Below, one piece after another: positions 16,910 to 25,666 of a DNA stretch of 31,842 nt; the first letter of the stretch is position 1; the number at the start of each line of letters is the position of its first letter. Made by a program: the position numbers and the translations under genes. This DNA is from a virus (lineage: Duplodnaviria > Caudoviricetes): positions 1-31,842 of IMG/VR virus record IMGVR_UViG_3300038679_000076; one strand, written 5' to 3'. The notes under the pieces are model-generated. The model did no database searches. It was not told where the DNA came from and saw only the letters and a program-made list of their open reading frames with translations.

Positions 16910-18552
16910 ACGCCACGCTGCTCCCGCACGGGGTTATCGCAGTCCAAGACGCCTACCGCCAGCGCGAGGCGCTCGCCGCTCTCGACGGCGCGGTCTGGGC
17001 CGCGGGCCTCAAGGCCTGGGTCGTCGACGCGACGCCCGGCAACGCCGCCTCGCTCGCCGCGCTCTGCCCCCTGCCGCCGGAGATAGAGGCGCTGCTGCCC
17101 GAGCCCGAGGTCAGGGAGCGGCCGGCTGACGACGGCAGGTGGCTCACCTCGGCCCGCCCCTACGCGCACCAGCGTGAGGCGGTCGCCGCCGCCATGCAGC
17201 ACTTCGAGCGGGGCGGGCGCGGCTTCGCGCTCCTGATGGAGATGGGGTGCGGCAAGACGCTCGCCGCCCTCGAGATCGCGGCGAGGCTGCACGTGACCGC
17301 CGACGTCGAGCGGGTGCTCGTCGTCGCTCCGGGCTCGGTGGTGCCGGTGTGGACGCGCGAGATCGCGGCGTTCTTGCCCGGCGCGGAGAGCCGCGAGCTC
17401 GTCGGCACGAGGGCCAAGCGCGTCGAGGCGCTCAAGCAGCTCGCCTGGTGCGCGTCACAGGGCGCGCCGCTCACCGTCGCGATCGTCAACTACGAGAGCT
17501 CGTGGCGGCTCGAGGACGAGCTGGCGGCGTGGTCGCCCGACCTGGTCGTCGCCGACGAGAGCCAGCGCATCAAGGGGCACGCCACGAAGCAGACCAAGGG
17601 CGTCACGCGCATCGGCAGGCACGCGGGCCACCGCCTCGCGCTCTCCGGCACGCCGGTCACGAACGGGCCGCTCGACGTGTTCGCGCAGTGGCGGTTCTTG
17701 GACGAGGGCGTCTTCGGCCCGAGCTACTACGCGTTCCGCGCCCGCTACGCCGTGATGGGCGGCTTCGAGGGCAAGCAGGTCGTGGGCTACCGGGCGCTCG
17801 ACGAGCTGGTGAGACGGGCGCACAGGATCGCGTACCGGGTCACGAAGGCCGACGCGCTCGATCTCCCCGAGACGACCGACGTGACGGTGCCGGTCGTGCT
17901 GTCGGCGCACGAGCGCCGCGCCTACGACCAGCTCGCGCGGGAGAGCGTGGCGGAGTTCGAGGGCGGCGAGGTGAGCGTCACGAACGTGCTGACCCGCCTG
18001 CTCCGCCTCCAGCAGATCACCTCGGGGGTCGTGCCTACCGACGAGGGCAGGCCCGTCGAGCTCGGCTCCTCGAAGGTGGACGCCACCGTCGAGCTCGTGG
18101 AGGACGCCGTCTCGGGCGGCGGCAAGGTCGTGGTGTTCTGCCGCTTCCGCTCGGAGATCGCGCGCATCGCCTCGAGGATACCCGGCGCGCTCACGCTCAC
18201 GGGCGACACGCCCCAGGCCGAGCGAGGCGAGCTCGTCAGGAGGTTCCAGGAGGACGACGACGCGCGGGTGCTCGTGGCCCAGATCCAGGTGGGCGGGGCG
18301 GGCATCACACTCACCGCCGCCTCGACCATGGTCTTCTGCTCGACCTCGTTCAACTTCGCCGACTTCGAGCAGGCCAAGGCGCGCATCCACCGCATCGGCC
18401 AGAGCCAGCACTGCACGTACTACAACCTCGTGGCCGCCGACACCGTCGACGAGCTCATCGCCGAGGCGCTCGCGCGCAAGTGCGACGTGGCGCGCCTGGT
18501 GGTCGATCGGGGGGCCGGGGTGTTCAGGGACAAAGCCGAAACGCCGCGTTAG
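16906..18552 (+). CDS. SNF2-family (SF2) helicase
   Basis: MEMGCGKT, DESQ, LSGTP, QAKARIHRIGQ; GTG overlapping upstream TGA. Confidence 0.92.
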   Translation: MNATLLPHGVIAVQDAYRQREALAALDGAVWAAGLKAWVVDATPGNAASLAALCPLPPEIEALLPEPEVRERPADDGRWLTSARPYAHQREAVAAAMQHFERGGRGFALLMEMGCGKTLAALEIAARLHVTADVERVLVVAPGSVVPVWTREIAAFLPGAESRELVGTRAKRVEALKQLAWCASQGAPLTVAIVNYESSWRLEDELAAWSPDLVVADESQRIKGHATKQTKGVTRIGRHAGHRLALSGTPVTNGPLDVFAQWRFLDEGVFGPSYYAFRARYAVMGGFEGKQVVGYRALDELVRRAHRIAYRVTKADALDLPETTDVTVPVVLSAHERRAYDQLARESVAEFEGGEVSVTNVLTRLLRLQQITSGVVPTDEGRPVELGSSKVDATVELVEDAVSGGGKVVVFCRFRSEIARIASRIPGALTLTGDTPQAERGELVRRFQEDDDARVLVAQIQVGGAGITLTAASTMVFCSTSFNFADFEQAKARIHRIGQSQHCTYYNLVAADTVDELIAEALARKCDVARLVVDRGAGVFRDKAETPR

Positions 18553-18600
18553 GGCGTCTGCCGGAGCATCCGCCCGACCGGCACCGATGAGGCGAGGGCG
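18535..18600 (+). ncRNA. Type II hammerhead ribozyme with pseudoknot, U4C core variant; predicted cleavage after C18558
   Basis: GCC-GAA-[ACGCC/GGCGT]-C-[TGCCGG/CCGGCA]-CCGATGA-GGC; loop I CGCCC pairs with tail GGGCG. Confidence 0.8.
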
Positions 18601-18675
18601 AAGAGGCGCGGCGATGCCGCGTTCGGAGGAAGGAGGAGCGATGCACGAGGGACGAGGCGCGAGGAGGTGGGAGAC

Positions 18676-19086
18676 GTGGCGGACCTGAACGCCTTGGCGG
18701 CGGAGATGATCGCCGCGCGTGAGGCCAAGGAGGCCGCGGAGGCGGCGGTCAAGGAGGCGAACCGCGCGTACGAGGCCGCGGACGCCGCGCTCTTCGACGC
18801 GATGGTCGACGCTGGCCTGTCCAAGATAGCCGCCAACGGCTACACGTTCAGCCCCGACGTCAAGGACTACTACCGCGTGGAGGCGGCGCACATGGACGAC
18901 TTCCACGAGGTGATGGACGCACTCGGGCGCGGCGGCATCTTCAAGGTCACCGCCAACCCGCAGACGGTCCAGGCGACGCTGCGCGAGCTCGTCGGCGAGG
19001 GCGAGGCACTGCCCCCCGAGCTCGGCGGGCTCGTGACGGTGTTCAACAAGCAGAAGTGCAACATGCGCAAGACCGCCCGGTCTTGA
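18676..19086 (+). CDS. Conserved phage replication-module protein (helical N-terminus)
   Basis: GAGGAGG 8 nt before GTG 18676; lies just upstream of SSB-like gene. Confidence 0.7.
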   Translation: MADLNALAAEMIAAREAKEAAEAAVKEANRAYEAADAALFDAMVDAGLSKIAANGYTFSPDVKDYYRVEAAHMDDFHEVMDALGRGGIFKVTANPQTVQATLRELVGEGEALPPELGGLVTVFNKQKCNMRKTARS

Positions 19087-19108
19087 GAGAAGCAAGGGAG
19101 AGAGCGAC

Positions 19109-19933
19109 ATGACGACTGCAACGAAGAAGACGGCGCTCGCCGTCAAGACGGACTACCCGCTCGCCGTGATGGAGCCCGGCGCGGCGCTCGACGTGGCGAC
19201 CATCGCCGCGGAGCTCGGCGAGGACCCCGCGAGCCTGGGGATGCTGCTCTTCACGCGGGTGAAGATGCCCTCCGGCGGCTCGCCCGCCTTCGAGATCGAG
19301 AACCCCGACGACCCGAACGACCCCGAGGTCGTCAAGTCCATCGAGGGCGTCATCGTGGCGCACCACGCCACGAACGCGTACTGGGCCCAGGGCCTCGAGG
19401 AGTCCGGTGGCAACACCCCGCCTGACTGCGTCTCCCCCGACGGCGTGACCGGCCACGGCGACCGCGGCGTGGACCACTCCACGGGCGAGACGGACGACCC
19501 GGCGCTGCCGCACGACTGCGCGAGCTGCTGGCTCAACCAGTTCGGGAGCGACCCGTCCGGCGGCAAGGCGTGCAAGAACCGCCGCCACCTCTACATCCTG
19601 CGCTCCGGCGACCTGATCCCGCTGCTGCTGCCGCTGCCGGCCACGAGCCTCAAGGCGTGGCGCACCTTCGCCGTCAAGAGCCTCATGGCCCGCGGGCGGC
19701 ACTGGTACTCGGTGGTGACGCGCATCGGCCTGGAGCCCGCGCAGTCCTCGAGCGGCATCAAGTACAGCCGCGCCACGTTCTCGATCGTCGAGACCGACGG
19801 CGCCCGCGAGCTCGCCGCCGAGCAGCAGCGGTGGCTCGAGAACTACGGCAAGGGCCTGCTCTCCGTCGTGTCGGCCTGCGCCCCGGCGATAGCGGCCGCG
19901 ACGGCCGATGACACCGAGGAGGCCCCGTTCTAG
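19109..19933 (+). CDS. Putative phage ssDNA-binding protein with Cys motif
   Basis: PSGG, NAYW, PPDC.SPDG, C..C..NQFGS..GKACKN; acidic tail DDTEEAPF. Confidence 0.65.
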   Translation: MTTATKKTALAVKTDYPLAVMEPGAALDVATIAAELGEDPASLGMLLFTRVKMPSGGSPAFEIENPDDPNDPEVVKSIEGVIVAHHATNAYWAQGLEESGGNTPPDCVSPDGVTGHGDRGVDHSTGETDDPALPHDCASCWLNQFGSDPSGGKACKNRRHLYILRSGDLIPLLLPLPATSLKAWRTFAVKSLMARGRHWYSVVTRIGLEPAQSSSGIKYSRATFSIVETDGARELAAEQQRWLENYGKGLLSVVSACAPAIAAATADDTEEAPF

Positions 19934-20099
19934 TGGATACCGGACGGAGGCGGGGGACGAGGTCGACGTCTCCGTGCTCTGCTGCGTCTGCGGCACGGCT
20001 CACGGGCCGCTCGCCAGCTTCGGCGACGACCCGGTACGGAGGATCTGTGTCGCCTGCACCGTGGCGATCACCTCCACCACGCTCGCGTTCACCGGCTAG
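19908..20099 (+). CDS. Small CxxC...CxxC zinc-ribbon protein, start uncertain
   Basis: CCVCG...ICVAC fills the gap before a hairpin. Confidence 0.4.
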   Translation: MTPRRPRSSGYRTEAGDEVDVSVLCCVCGTAHGPLASFGDDPVRRICVACTVAITSTTLAFTG

Positions 20100-20115
20100 G
20101 CCACGCTCGACCAAG

Positions 20116-20156
20116 CCCGGACCCGCCGCCCGTCTCGTCGCGGCGGCGGGTCCGGG
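20116..20156 (+). terminator. Strong intergenic hairpin
   Basis: Perfect 15-bp stem CCCGGACCCGCCGCC/GGCGGCGGGTCCGGG, 11-nt loop, no U-tract. Confidence 0.55.
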
Positions 20157-20192
20157 GCACACGACACTCCTGATACGAGGGACGGGGACGAC

Positions 20193-22751
20193 ATGCCGGT
20201 GGGATACGAGGACGGGACGATCGACTGGGTGGACTTCTACCGCGGCCACGGCGTCGGGCGCATCAAGCGCTCGGGGTCCAAGCACATGGGGCTCTGCCCG
20301 CTGCACGACAACACGAGGACGCCGGCGTTCTGGTTCACCACCGACAACGGCATGTGGAAGTGCGAGGCCGGGTGCGGCCAGGGCAACCCGACGACGTTCC
20401 TGTCCCGCCGCCTCGACATCTCCACGAAGGAGGCGGACCGCATGCTCTGCGAGCTCGCCGGTGTGACCAGGCACGCCGAGCCGCGCAAGAAGGCGGCCCC
20501 GGTCGCGCCCTACGACGTGGCAGCCTACGCGGCCGAGAAGGGCCTCGACGAGGCGCTCCTCGCCTCCTGGGGCCTCAGCTCGAGCCGCGGCGCGGTGCTC
20601 ATCCCGTACGCGCCGGGCGAGCCGGGCGGGGCCGTCAGGCGGCGCATGCGCCCGGACGCGGAGAAGCGCTTCAGCTGGGTCACGAGCGGCGGCCGGATGC
20701 AGGGCGCCCTCGGGCTCTACGGCCTGTTCAGGGGCCTCGGTGACGCCGCCGTGGTGCTCGTCGAGGGCGAGAGCGACTGCCACGCGCTCTGGAGCCTCGG
20801 GATAGCCGCGTACGGCGTGCCCGGCGCCTCGACCTTCCGTGGCGAGTGGCTGCCCCCGCACGTCAAGGAGGTGCTCGTCCACGACGAGGGCGACGACGGC
20901 GCGAGGGTCTTCGTCGAGCGGGTGGCCCGCGAGCTCGCGGGCAAGGTCGCCGTGAGGCGCTTCTCGACGCCGGGGGACGCCAAGGACCCCTCGGAGCTCT
21001 ACGCGAAAGACCCCGCCGGCGCGGAGGAGGCGCTCCGTGAGGCCATGAGGGGCGCTCTGGCGGCCGACGCCGCCGCAGGGGGCACCGACACCCGTCCCGG
21101 TGACGTGCTGGCGCCCCTCGGCCTCGTGTGCCCCGCAGGGTGGGTCGTCGGGGCGGGCGGTATCAGGCGCTTCAACGAGGAGACGCAGCAGAGCCGCCTG
21201 GTGACCACCACGCCCGTCGTGCTCTCGGCCCGCATCGTGGACGCCGCCACCGGGCGGGAGCGCGTCAGGCTCTCGTTCATGCGCGGCGGCAGGTGGCACG
21301 AGGTGACCGCCGATCGCGAGGACGCGTTCTCGTCACGCAGCATCGTCGGGGTCCTGGCGCCGCTCGGGGCCCAGGTCACGAGCGAGAACGCGCGCGACGT
21401 GGTGAGGTGGCTCGGGGCGCTCGAGCAGGCGAACATGGACGCGGTCGAGGTCGTCAAGAGCGCCCGCGAGCTCGGCTGGTGCAACAAGAGCTTCATGCCG
21501 ACCAACCCGCGGGGGCTCACGCTCGACATGCAGCCGGGGAGCGAGGACGTCGTGGCCGCCTTCGCGGCCAAGGGAGAGATGGCCGACTGGACCGCCGCCA
21601 TGGGGCGCGAGTCCGCGCGGAGCCCCGTCTTCCGCTTCATCCTGGCGGCCGGGCTCGCGCCGTGCCTTCTGAAGGCGACCGGCGGGCGCATCTTCTTCGT
21701 CTACAACTGGGGGCCCTCCCGCGGCGGCAAGACCGCCGCGATCAAGGCGGCGCTCTCGTGCTGGGGCGACCCGGAGGTGCTGCTCGTCACCTTCAACGCC
21801 ACGAGCGTCGGCCTCGAGCGCCGCGCAGCGCTCATGCGCGACCTGCCGCTCGGCATCGACGAGCGCCAGGCGGCCTCGGGCGACCAGCGGAGGCTCGACG
21901 AGGTCGTCTACGCGCTCTCGTCCGGCACGGGCAGGGTGCGCGGCGCGCGTGACGGCGGGCTGCAGGCGCAGAGCCACTGGCGCACCGTGGCGGTCGCCAC
22001 CGGCGAGGAGCCGCTCTCGGGTGCGACCTCGAAGACCGGCGTGGCGACCCGCGTGCTGGAGATATTCGGCTCGCCCTTCACGTCCGAGGAGGCCGCCGCC
22101 GGGATGCACCGGCTCACGGGCGAGTGCCACGGGCACGCGGGGCCGGCCTTCATCGAGCGGCTCGTGGAGGCCGGGGACGGGGCGGTGCGGGACGTCTACG
22201 GCGCGGTGCGGGAGTCTTTGACCGAGAGCGGCAAGAGCCACGCGCTCTCCCACCTCGACGGCATCGCGACGGTGCTCGCCGCCGACGTGCTGCTCTCCCG
22301 GTGGTTCTACGGCGTGAGCGAGGCCGACGCGCTGTTCTCCGCCGCCGCGCTCGGCCGGGAGATCATGGGCAAGGTGGAGGTGGCCGCCTCCGGCGACGTG
22401 GACGAGCAGGCGTGCCTCTGGGTGGAGGACTGGCTCAGGAGCCGCGTCGGACAGTTCTCGGACAACGGTTTCCACGGGCCGCTCCTGGGCGAGAAGCGCG
22501 GTACGACGTGGCTCGTCTACCCCTCGCCGTTCCGCGAGGCGATCGAGAACTCCGGGTTCAGCTACCGCAAGACGATGAAGGCGCTCGAGGAGCGCGGGGC
22601 GCTCAAGACGGACGGGAACGGGCGGAACCTCACGAGCAGCCAGAGGGTCTACGGGGAGCAGAAGCGGGTCCTCTGGATAGAGGAGACGGCGCTCGGGGGC
22701 GTGAGCGACCCGACACTGGACCTCGAGGGCGCGAAGGGGGCTCCGTTCTGA
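20193..22751 (+). CDS. Primase-helicase: CHC2 zinc finger + Toprim + DUF927/Cch-like ATPase
   Basis: CPLHD...WKC..GC; VEGESD and DEGDDG; GPSRGGKT; LGIDE; ATGE. Confidence 0.9.
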   Translation: MPVGYEDGTIDWVDFYRGHGVGRIKRSGSKHMGLCPLHDNTRTPAFWFTTDNGMWKCEAGCGQGNPTTFLSRRLDISTKEADRMLCELAGVTRHAEPRKKAAPVAPYDVAAYAAEKGLDEALLASWGLSSSRGAVLIPYAPGEPGGAVRRRMRPDAEKRFSWVTSGGRMQGALGLYGLFRGLGDAAVVLVEGESDCHALWSLGIAAYGVPGASTFRGEWLPPHVKEVLVHDEGDDGARVFVERVARELAGKVAVRRFSTPGDAKDPSELYAKDPAGAEEALREAMRGALAADAAAGGTDTRPGDVLAPLGLVCPAGWVVGAGGIRRFNEETQQSRLVTTTPVVLSARIVDAATGRERVRLSFMRGGRWHEVTADREDAFSSRSIVGVLAPLGAQVTSENARDVVRWLGALEQANMDAVEVVKSARELGWCNKSFMPTNPRGLTLDMQPGSEDVVAAFAAKGEMADWTAAMGRESARSPVFRFILAAGLAPCLLKATGGRIFFVYNWGPSRGGKTAAIKAALSCWGDPEVLLVTFNATSVGLERRAALMRDLPLGIDERQAASGDQRRLDEVVYALSSGTGRVRGARDGGLQAQSHWRTVAVATGEEPLSGATSKTGVATRVLEIFGSPFTSEEAAAGMHRLTGECHGHAGPAFIERLVEAGDGAVRDVYGAVRESLTESGKSHALSHLDGIATVLAADVLLSRWFYGVSEADALFSAAALGREIMGKVEVAASGDVDEQACLWVEDWLRSRVGQFSDNGFHGPLLGEKRGTTWLVYPSPFREAIENSGFSYRKTMKALEERGALKTDGNGRNLTSSQRVYGEQKRVLWIEETALGGVSDPTLDLEGAKGAPF

Positions 22752-23048
22752 TGATAACGCCTGAATCGAAAGGCGTTATCAAAGGCGTGAGCACTTTTCC
22801 AAGGAGAAAACATACATCTACCTGCTGTTTCTCTTACTTGATAACGCCTGAAACGCCTGAAACGCCTGAAAACAACACCATACACGCGCGCGAGGTTCGC
22901 GGCGTCTCCGGGGGCGCTTGGCGAACTCCAGATATATACACGCAGGGTATGAAACAGGCGTTTCAGGCGTTTCAGGCGTTACACCGCAGGTCAGGGGCTG
23001 TTTTTCGTGATAACGCCTTTCATTCAGAAGGCGTTTCAGGCGTTATCA
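22752..23048. repeat. Putative replication origin: palindromic iteron array
   Basis: Eleven AACGCCT/AGGCGTT copies; perfect 27-bp inverted repeat 22842-22868 / 22955-22981; AT-rich; directly after primase-helicase. Confidence 0.85.
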
Positions 23049-23072
23049 AACCCTAGAGCGGAGGTCGAGGCT

Positions 23073-23375
23073 GTGAGCACGATCATGACGAGAGAGGACC
23101 ACCGGCGGGAGTACGCGCGTCTCTTGAGGCGGCTCGTCGGGGCGATGTGTCTCGACCCCGCCGAGCGCGACCGGTGGACGCCGACGATCCATCGCCTCGC
23201 CGCCGAGTGCTCGATGCACCGGGCGTATGCGGCCTGGATGACCGAGGCGGCTGCCGACGAGCGTTTCGGGACGGTGCTCGAGCGTGCGCGCGACATCGCC
23301 GAGACGCCGTCGGGACCGTTTGAGACCGTCGAGGAGCTCGCCGCCGCCCTCGGGGCGACGGTGGTGGAGCCATGA
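23073..23375 (+). CDS. Hypothetical protein
   Basis: GGAGG then GTG; ATGA coupling to next gene. Confidence 0.55.
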   Translation: MSTIMTREDHRREYARLLRRLVGAMCLDPAERDRWTPTIHRLAAECSMHRAYAAWMTEAAADERFGTVLERARDIAETPSGPFETVEELAAALGATVVEP

Positions 23376-23671
23376 CGGCCACCAAGCCGGAGACGCGCAT
23401 CGTCGATGCGATCATGCGCTCGCTTCGGGACCTCCCCCGCTGCTGGTGCTTCAAGGCGCACGGCGGCCCGTACCAGGCTGCGGGGATCCCCGACATCGTC
23501 GGGTGCCTGGACGGCCGGTTCTTCGCGATCGAGGTCAAGGTGCCGGGCAACCGGCCGACGCGGCTGCAGGAGCTCACCCTTTCGAGGATAGCGGCGGCCG
23601 GGGGCCTGGCGGGTGTCGCGACGAGCGTCGAGGATGCGCTGACGGTGCTGGACGGAGGTGATGAGGGATGA
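23372..23671 (+). CDS. VRR-NUC nuclease (resolvase-like)
   Basis: GIPDIVGC..G.F.AIEVK.PG..PT.LQ PD-(D/E)xK motif. Confidence 0.92.
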   Translation: MTATKPETRIVDAIMRSLRDLPRCWCFKAHGGPYQAAGIPDIVGCLDGRFFAIEVKVPGNRPTRLQELTLSRIAAAGGLAGVATSVEDALTVLDGGDEG

Positions 23672-23799
23672 GCGAGGAGGTGAGGGCGGCCATCGACGCG
23701 CTGTTCGCCACGCTTTACGACGGCACGCCGGACGAGGACAGCATCAGGCAGCTCGACATGATCGTGGCCCGGCTCGAGGAGCTCGAGGCGCGGGGCTAA
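23668..23799 (+). CDS. 43-aa acidic hypothetical protein (not in ORF track)
   Basis: MSEEVRAAIDALFATLYDGTPDEDSIRQLDMIVARLEELEARG; ATGA coupling, GGAGG upstream. Confidence 0.55.
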   Translation: MSEEVRAAIDALFATLYDGTPDEDSIRQLDMIVARLEELEARG

Positions 23800-23911
23800 A
23801 GCGTGCCAGGCCGCCGCGTGTGACGCCTCTTCAGGCGTGCGGGGCGGCTCGACATAGCGGGAAGGGCGGGTCTCGACCGGCGCCGGCGGGGCCCGCTCCC
23901 GCATCCGGGCG

Positions 23912-23930
23912 GTGACGCTGCCCGCATCCT
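23912..23930 (+). promoter_or_regulatory. Putative late promoter (GTGAC-N8-CATCCT), probably leaderless
   Basis: ATG 23937 follows the hexamer after 6 nt with no SD. Confidence 0.6.
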
Positions 23931-23936
23931 TTGGGC

Positions 23937-24404
23937 ATGAGCGACCGTCTGACGGCCAAGCAGGAACGGTTCGTCCAGGCACTCGTGTCCGGCATGAGCC
24001 AGCGCGAGGCCTATCTGACCGCGTACAACGCCCAAGGGATGAAGCCAAGGAGCATCGACGTAGCTGCCTGCCGCGTATTCGATAGAGCTAACGTGAGGCT
24101 AAGGCACGACGAACTGCTCGCGTTGTCCGCGCAAGCCGCCTGCTGGACGCGCGAGAAGGCGATCGCCGATCTCCTCGAGGTCCGCTCGATCGCACTCGGG
24201 CACATCCGCCAGACGACGGGTCACAAGGTCCACTTCGACGAGCACGACAAGCGCGACCTGGCCGACCTGCCGTCTAACGCCGTCAAGCTCGTGGTCTCCT
24301 CGACGGCCGAGCTCAACAAGCTCTGCGGCTTCTACGACGGCCCCGGCGGCGACGACGGCAAGGTCGTCATCGTCGACAACATCCCAGGGCCTTCAGATGG
24401 CTGA
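23937..24404 (+). CDS. terS: Terminase small subunit
   Basis: LTAKQERFVQ...GMSQREAY..AY; ends VVIVDNIP; overlaps terL. Confidence 0.9.
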   Translation: MSDRLTAKQERFVQALVSGMSQREAYLTAYNAQGMKPRSIDVAACRVFDRANVRLRHDELLALSAQAACWTREKAIADLLEVRSIALGHIRQTTGHKVHFDEHDKRDLADLPSNAVKLVVSSTAELNKLCGFYDGPGGDDGKVVIVDNIPGPSDG

Positions 24405-25653
24405 GGTGCTGCTCGACGACGTCCTCGCCCCCAACCAGTGGGAGCTCCACCGCGACGTGATGGACCACGCCGCGACGCACTACTGGCTCGCCGGCGGCCG
24501 CGGCTCGACGAAGTCCTCCGCCGCCTCGATCGAGCTCCTGCTGCTGCTCATCAAGAACCCCGGCGTGAACGCGGTGGTGCTGCGCAAGATCGCCAAGACG
24601 CTCCGCAAGTCCGTCTACGCCCAGGTGCAGTGGGCCATCGCCATGCTCGGGCTCTCGGCCAAGTTCAAGGCGACCGTCTCGCCGATGGAGATCACCTACC
24701 GCCCCACGGGGCAGAAGATCGTCTTCGAGGGACTGGACGAGCCGGAGAAGATCAAGAGCCTGAAGTTCCCCGCGGGCTACTGCGGGGTGGTGTGGTTCGA
24801 GGAGATCGACCAGTTCCACGGCATGGAGGAGGTACGCTCCGTCCACCAGTCGCTCCTGCGTGGTGGCGACCTGTTCTGGTGCTTCTACTCGTTCAACCCG
24901 CCGCGGTCCCGCAACAACTGGGTCAACCGCCACCTCTCGACCGGGATACCCGGCAACCGCGTCTACCGCACGACCTACCTCGACGTGCCGCCGGAGTGGC
25001 TCGGCGAGCAGTTCATCCTCGAGGCCGAGCAGCTCGCCGAACTCGACGAGCGCGCCTACCGCCACGAGTACCTCGGCGAGGTCGTCGGCACCGGCGGCAA
25101 CGTCTTCGAGAACGTGACGCTGCGCGCCATCACCGACGATGAGATAGACGGCTTCGACCGCGTCTACAACGGCGTGGACTGGGGGTACTTCCCCGACCCG
25201 TGGGTGTTCCTGCGCATGCACTACCAGGCGGCCCAGCGCAGGCTCCTCGTCTTCGACGAGCGCAGCGGCGTCAAACTCTCCAACGAGCAGACGGCCGAGC
25301 TCGTCAAGGCCGCCCTCAGTGACCGGAGCGGCAACTTTGTCCGTGAGACGGTCACGTGCGACTCCGCCGAGCCGAAGAGCGTCGACAACTACCGGGCGCT
25401 CGGTATCGACGCGAGGCGGGCGCTCAAGGGGCCGGGCAGCGTCGAGCACGGCATGAAGTGGATCTCGACACGCGTGGAGATCGTGATAGACCCGAAGCGC
25501 TGCCCACTGGCGGCGCGCGAGTTCACCGCATACGAGTTCGAGCGCAACAGGGAAGGCGAGTACGTGAGCAGCTACCCGGATGCGGACAACCACTCGATCG
25601 ACGCGGCGCGCTACGCCCTCGAGCACGTGACGACCCGCAGGGCCAACGTCTAA
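24397..25653 (+). CDS. terL: Terminase large subunit, PBSX family
   Basis: GGRGSTKS, WFEE, SFNPP, GVDWGY..DP, NHSIDAARY. Confidence 0.96.
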   Translation: MAEVLLDDVLAPNQWELHRDVMDHAATHYWLAGGRGSTKSSAASIELLLLLIKNPGVNAVVLRKIAKTLRKSVYAQVQWAIAMLGLSAKFKATVSPMEITYRPTGQKIVFEGLDEPEKIKSLKFPAGYCGVVWFEEIDQFHGMEEVRSVHQSLLRGGDLFWCFYSFNPPRSRNNWVNRHLSTGIPGNRVYRTTYLDVPPEWLGEQFILEAEQLAELDERAYRHEYLGEVVGTGGNVFENVTLRAITDDEIDGFDRVYNGVDWGYFPDPWVFLRMHYQAAQRRLLVFDERSGVKLSNEQTAELVKAALSDRSGNFVRETVTCDSAEPKSVDNYRALGIDARRALKGPGSVEHGMKWISTRVEIVIDPKRCPLAAREFTAYEFERNREGEYVSSYPDADNHSIDAARYALEHVTTRRANV

Positions 25654-25666
25654 GGAGAGCCAACCC

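Noticed and set aside
22752-23048. CRISPR array or coding ORF (TPETPETPE)
   Set aside because: Short tandem and inverted repeats without unique spacers; peptide repeats just reflect the iterons.
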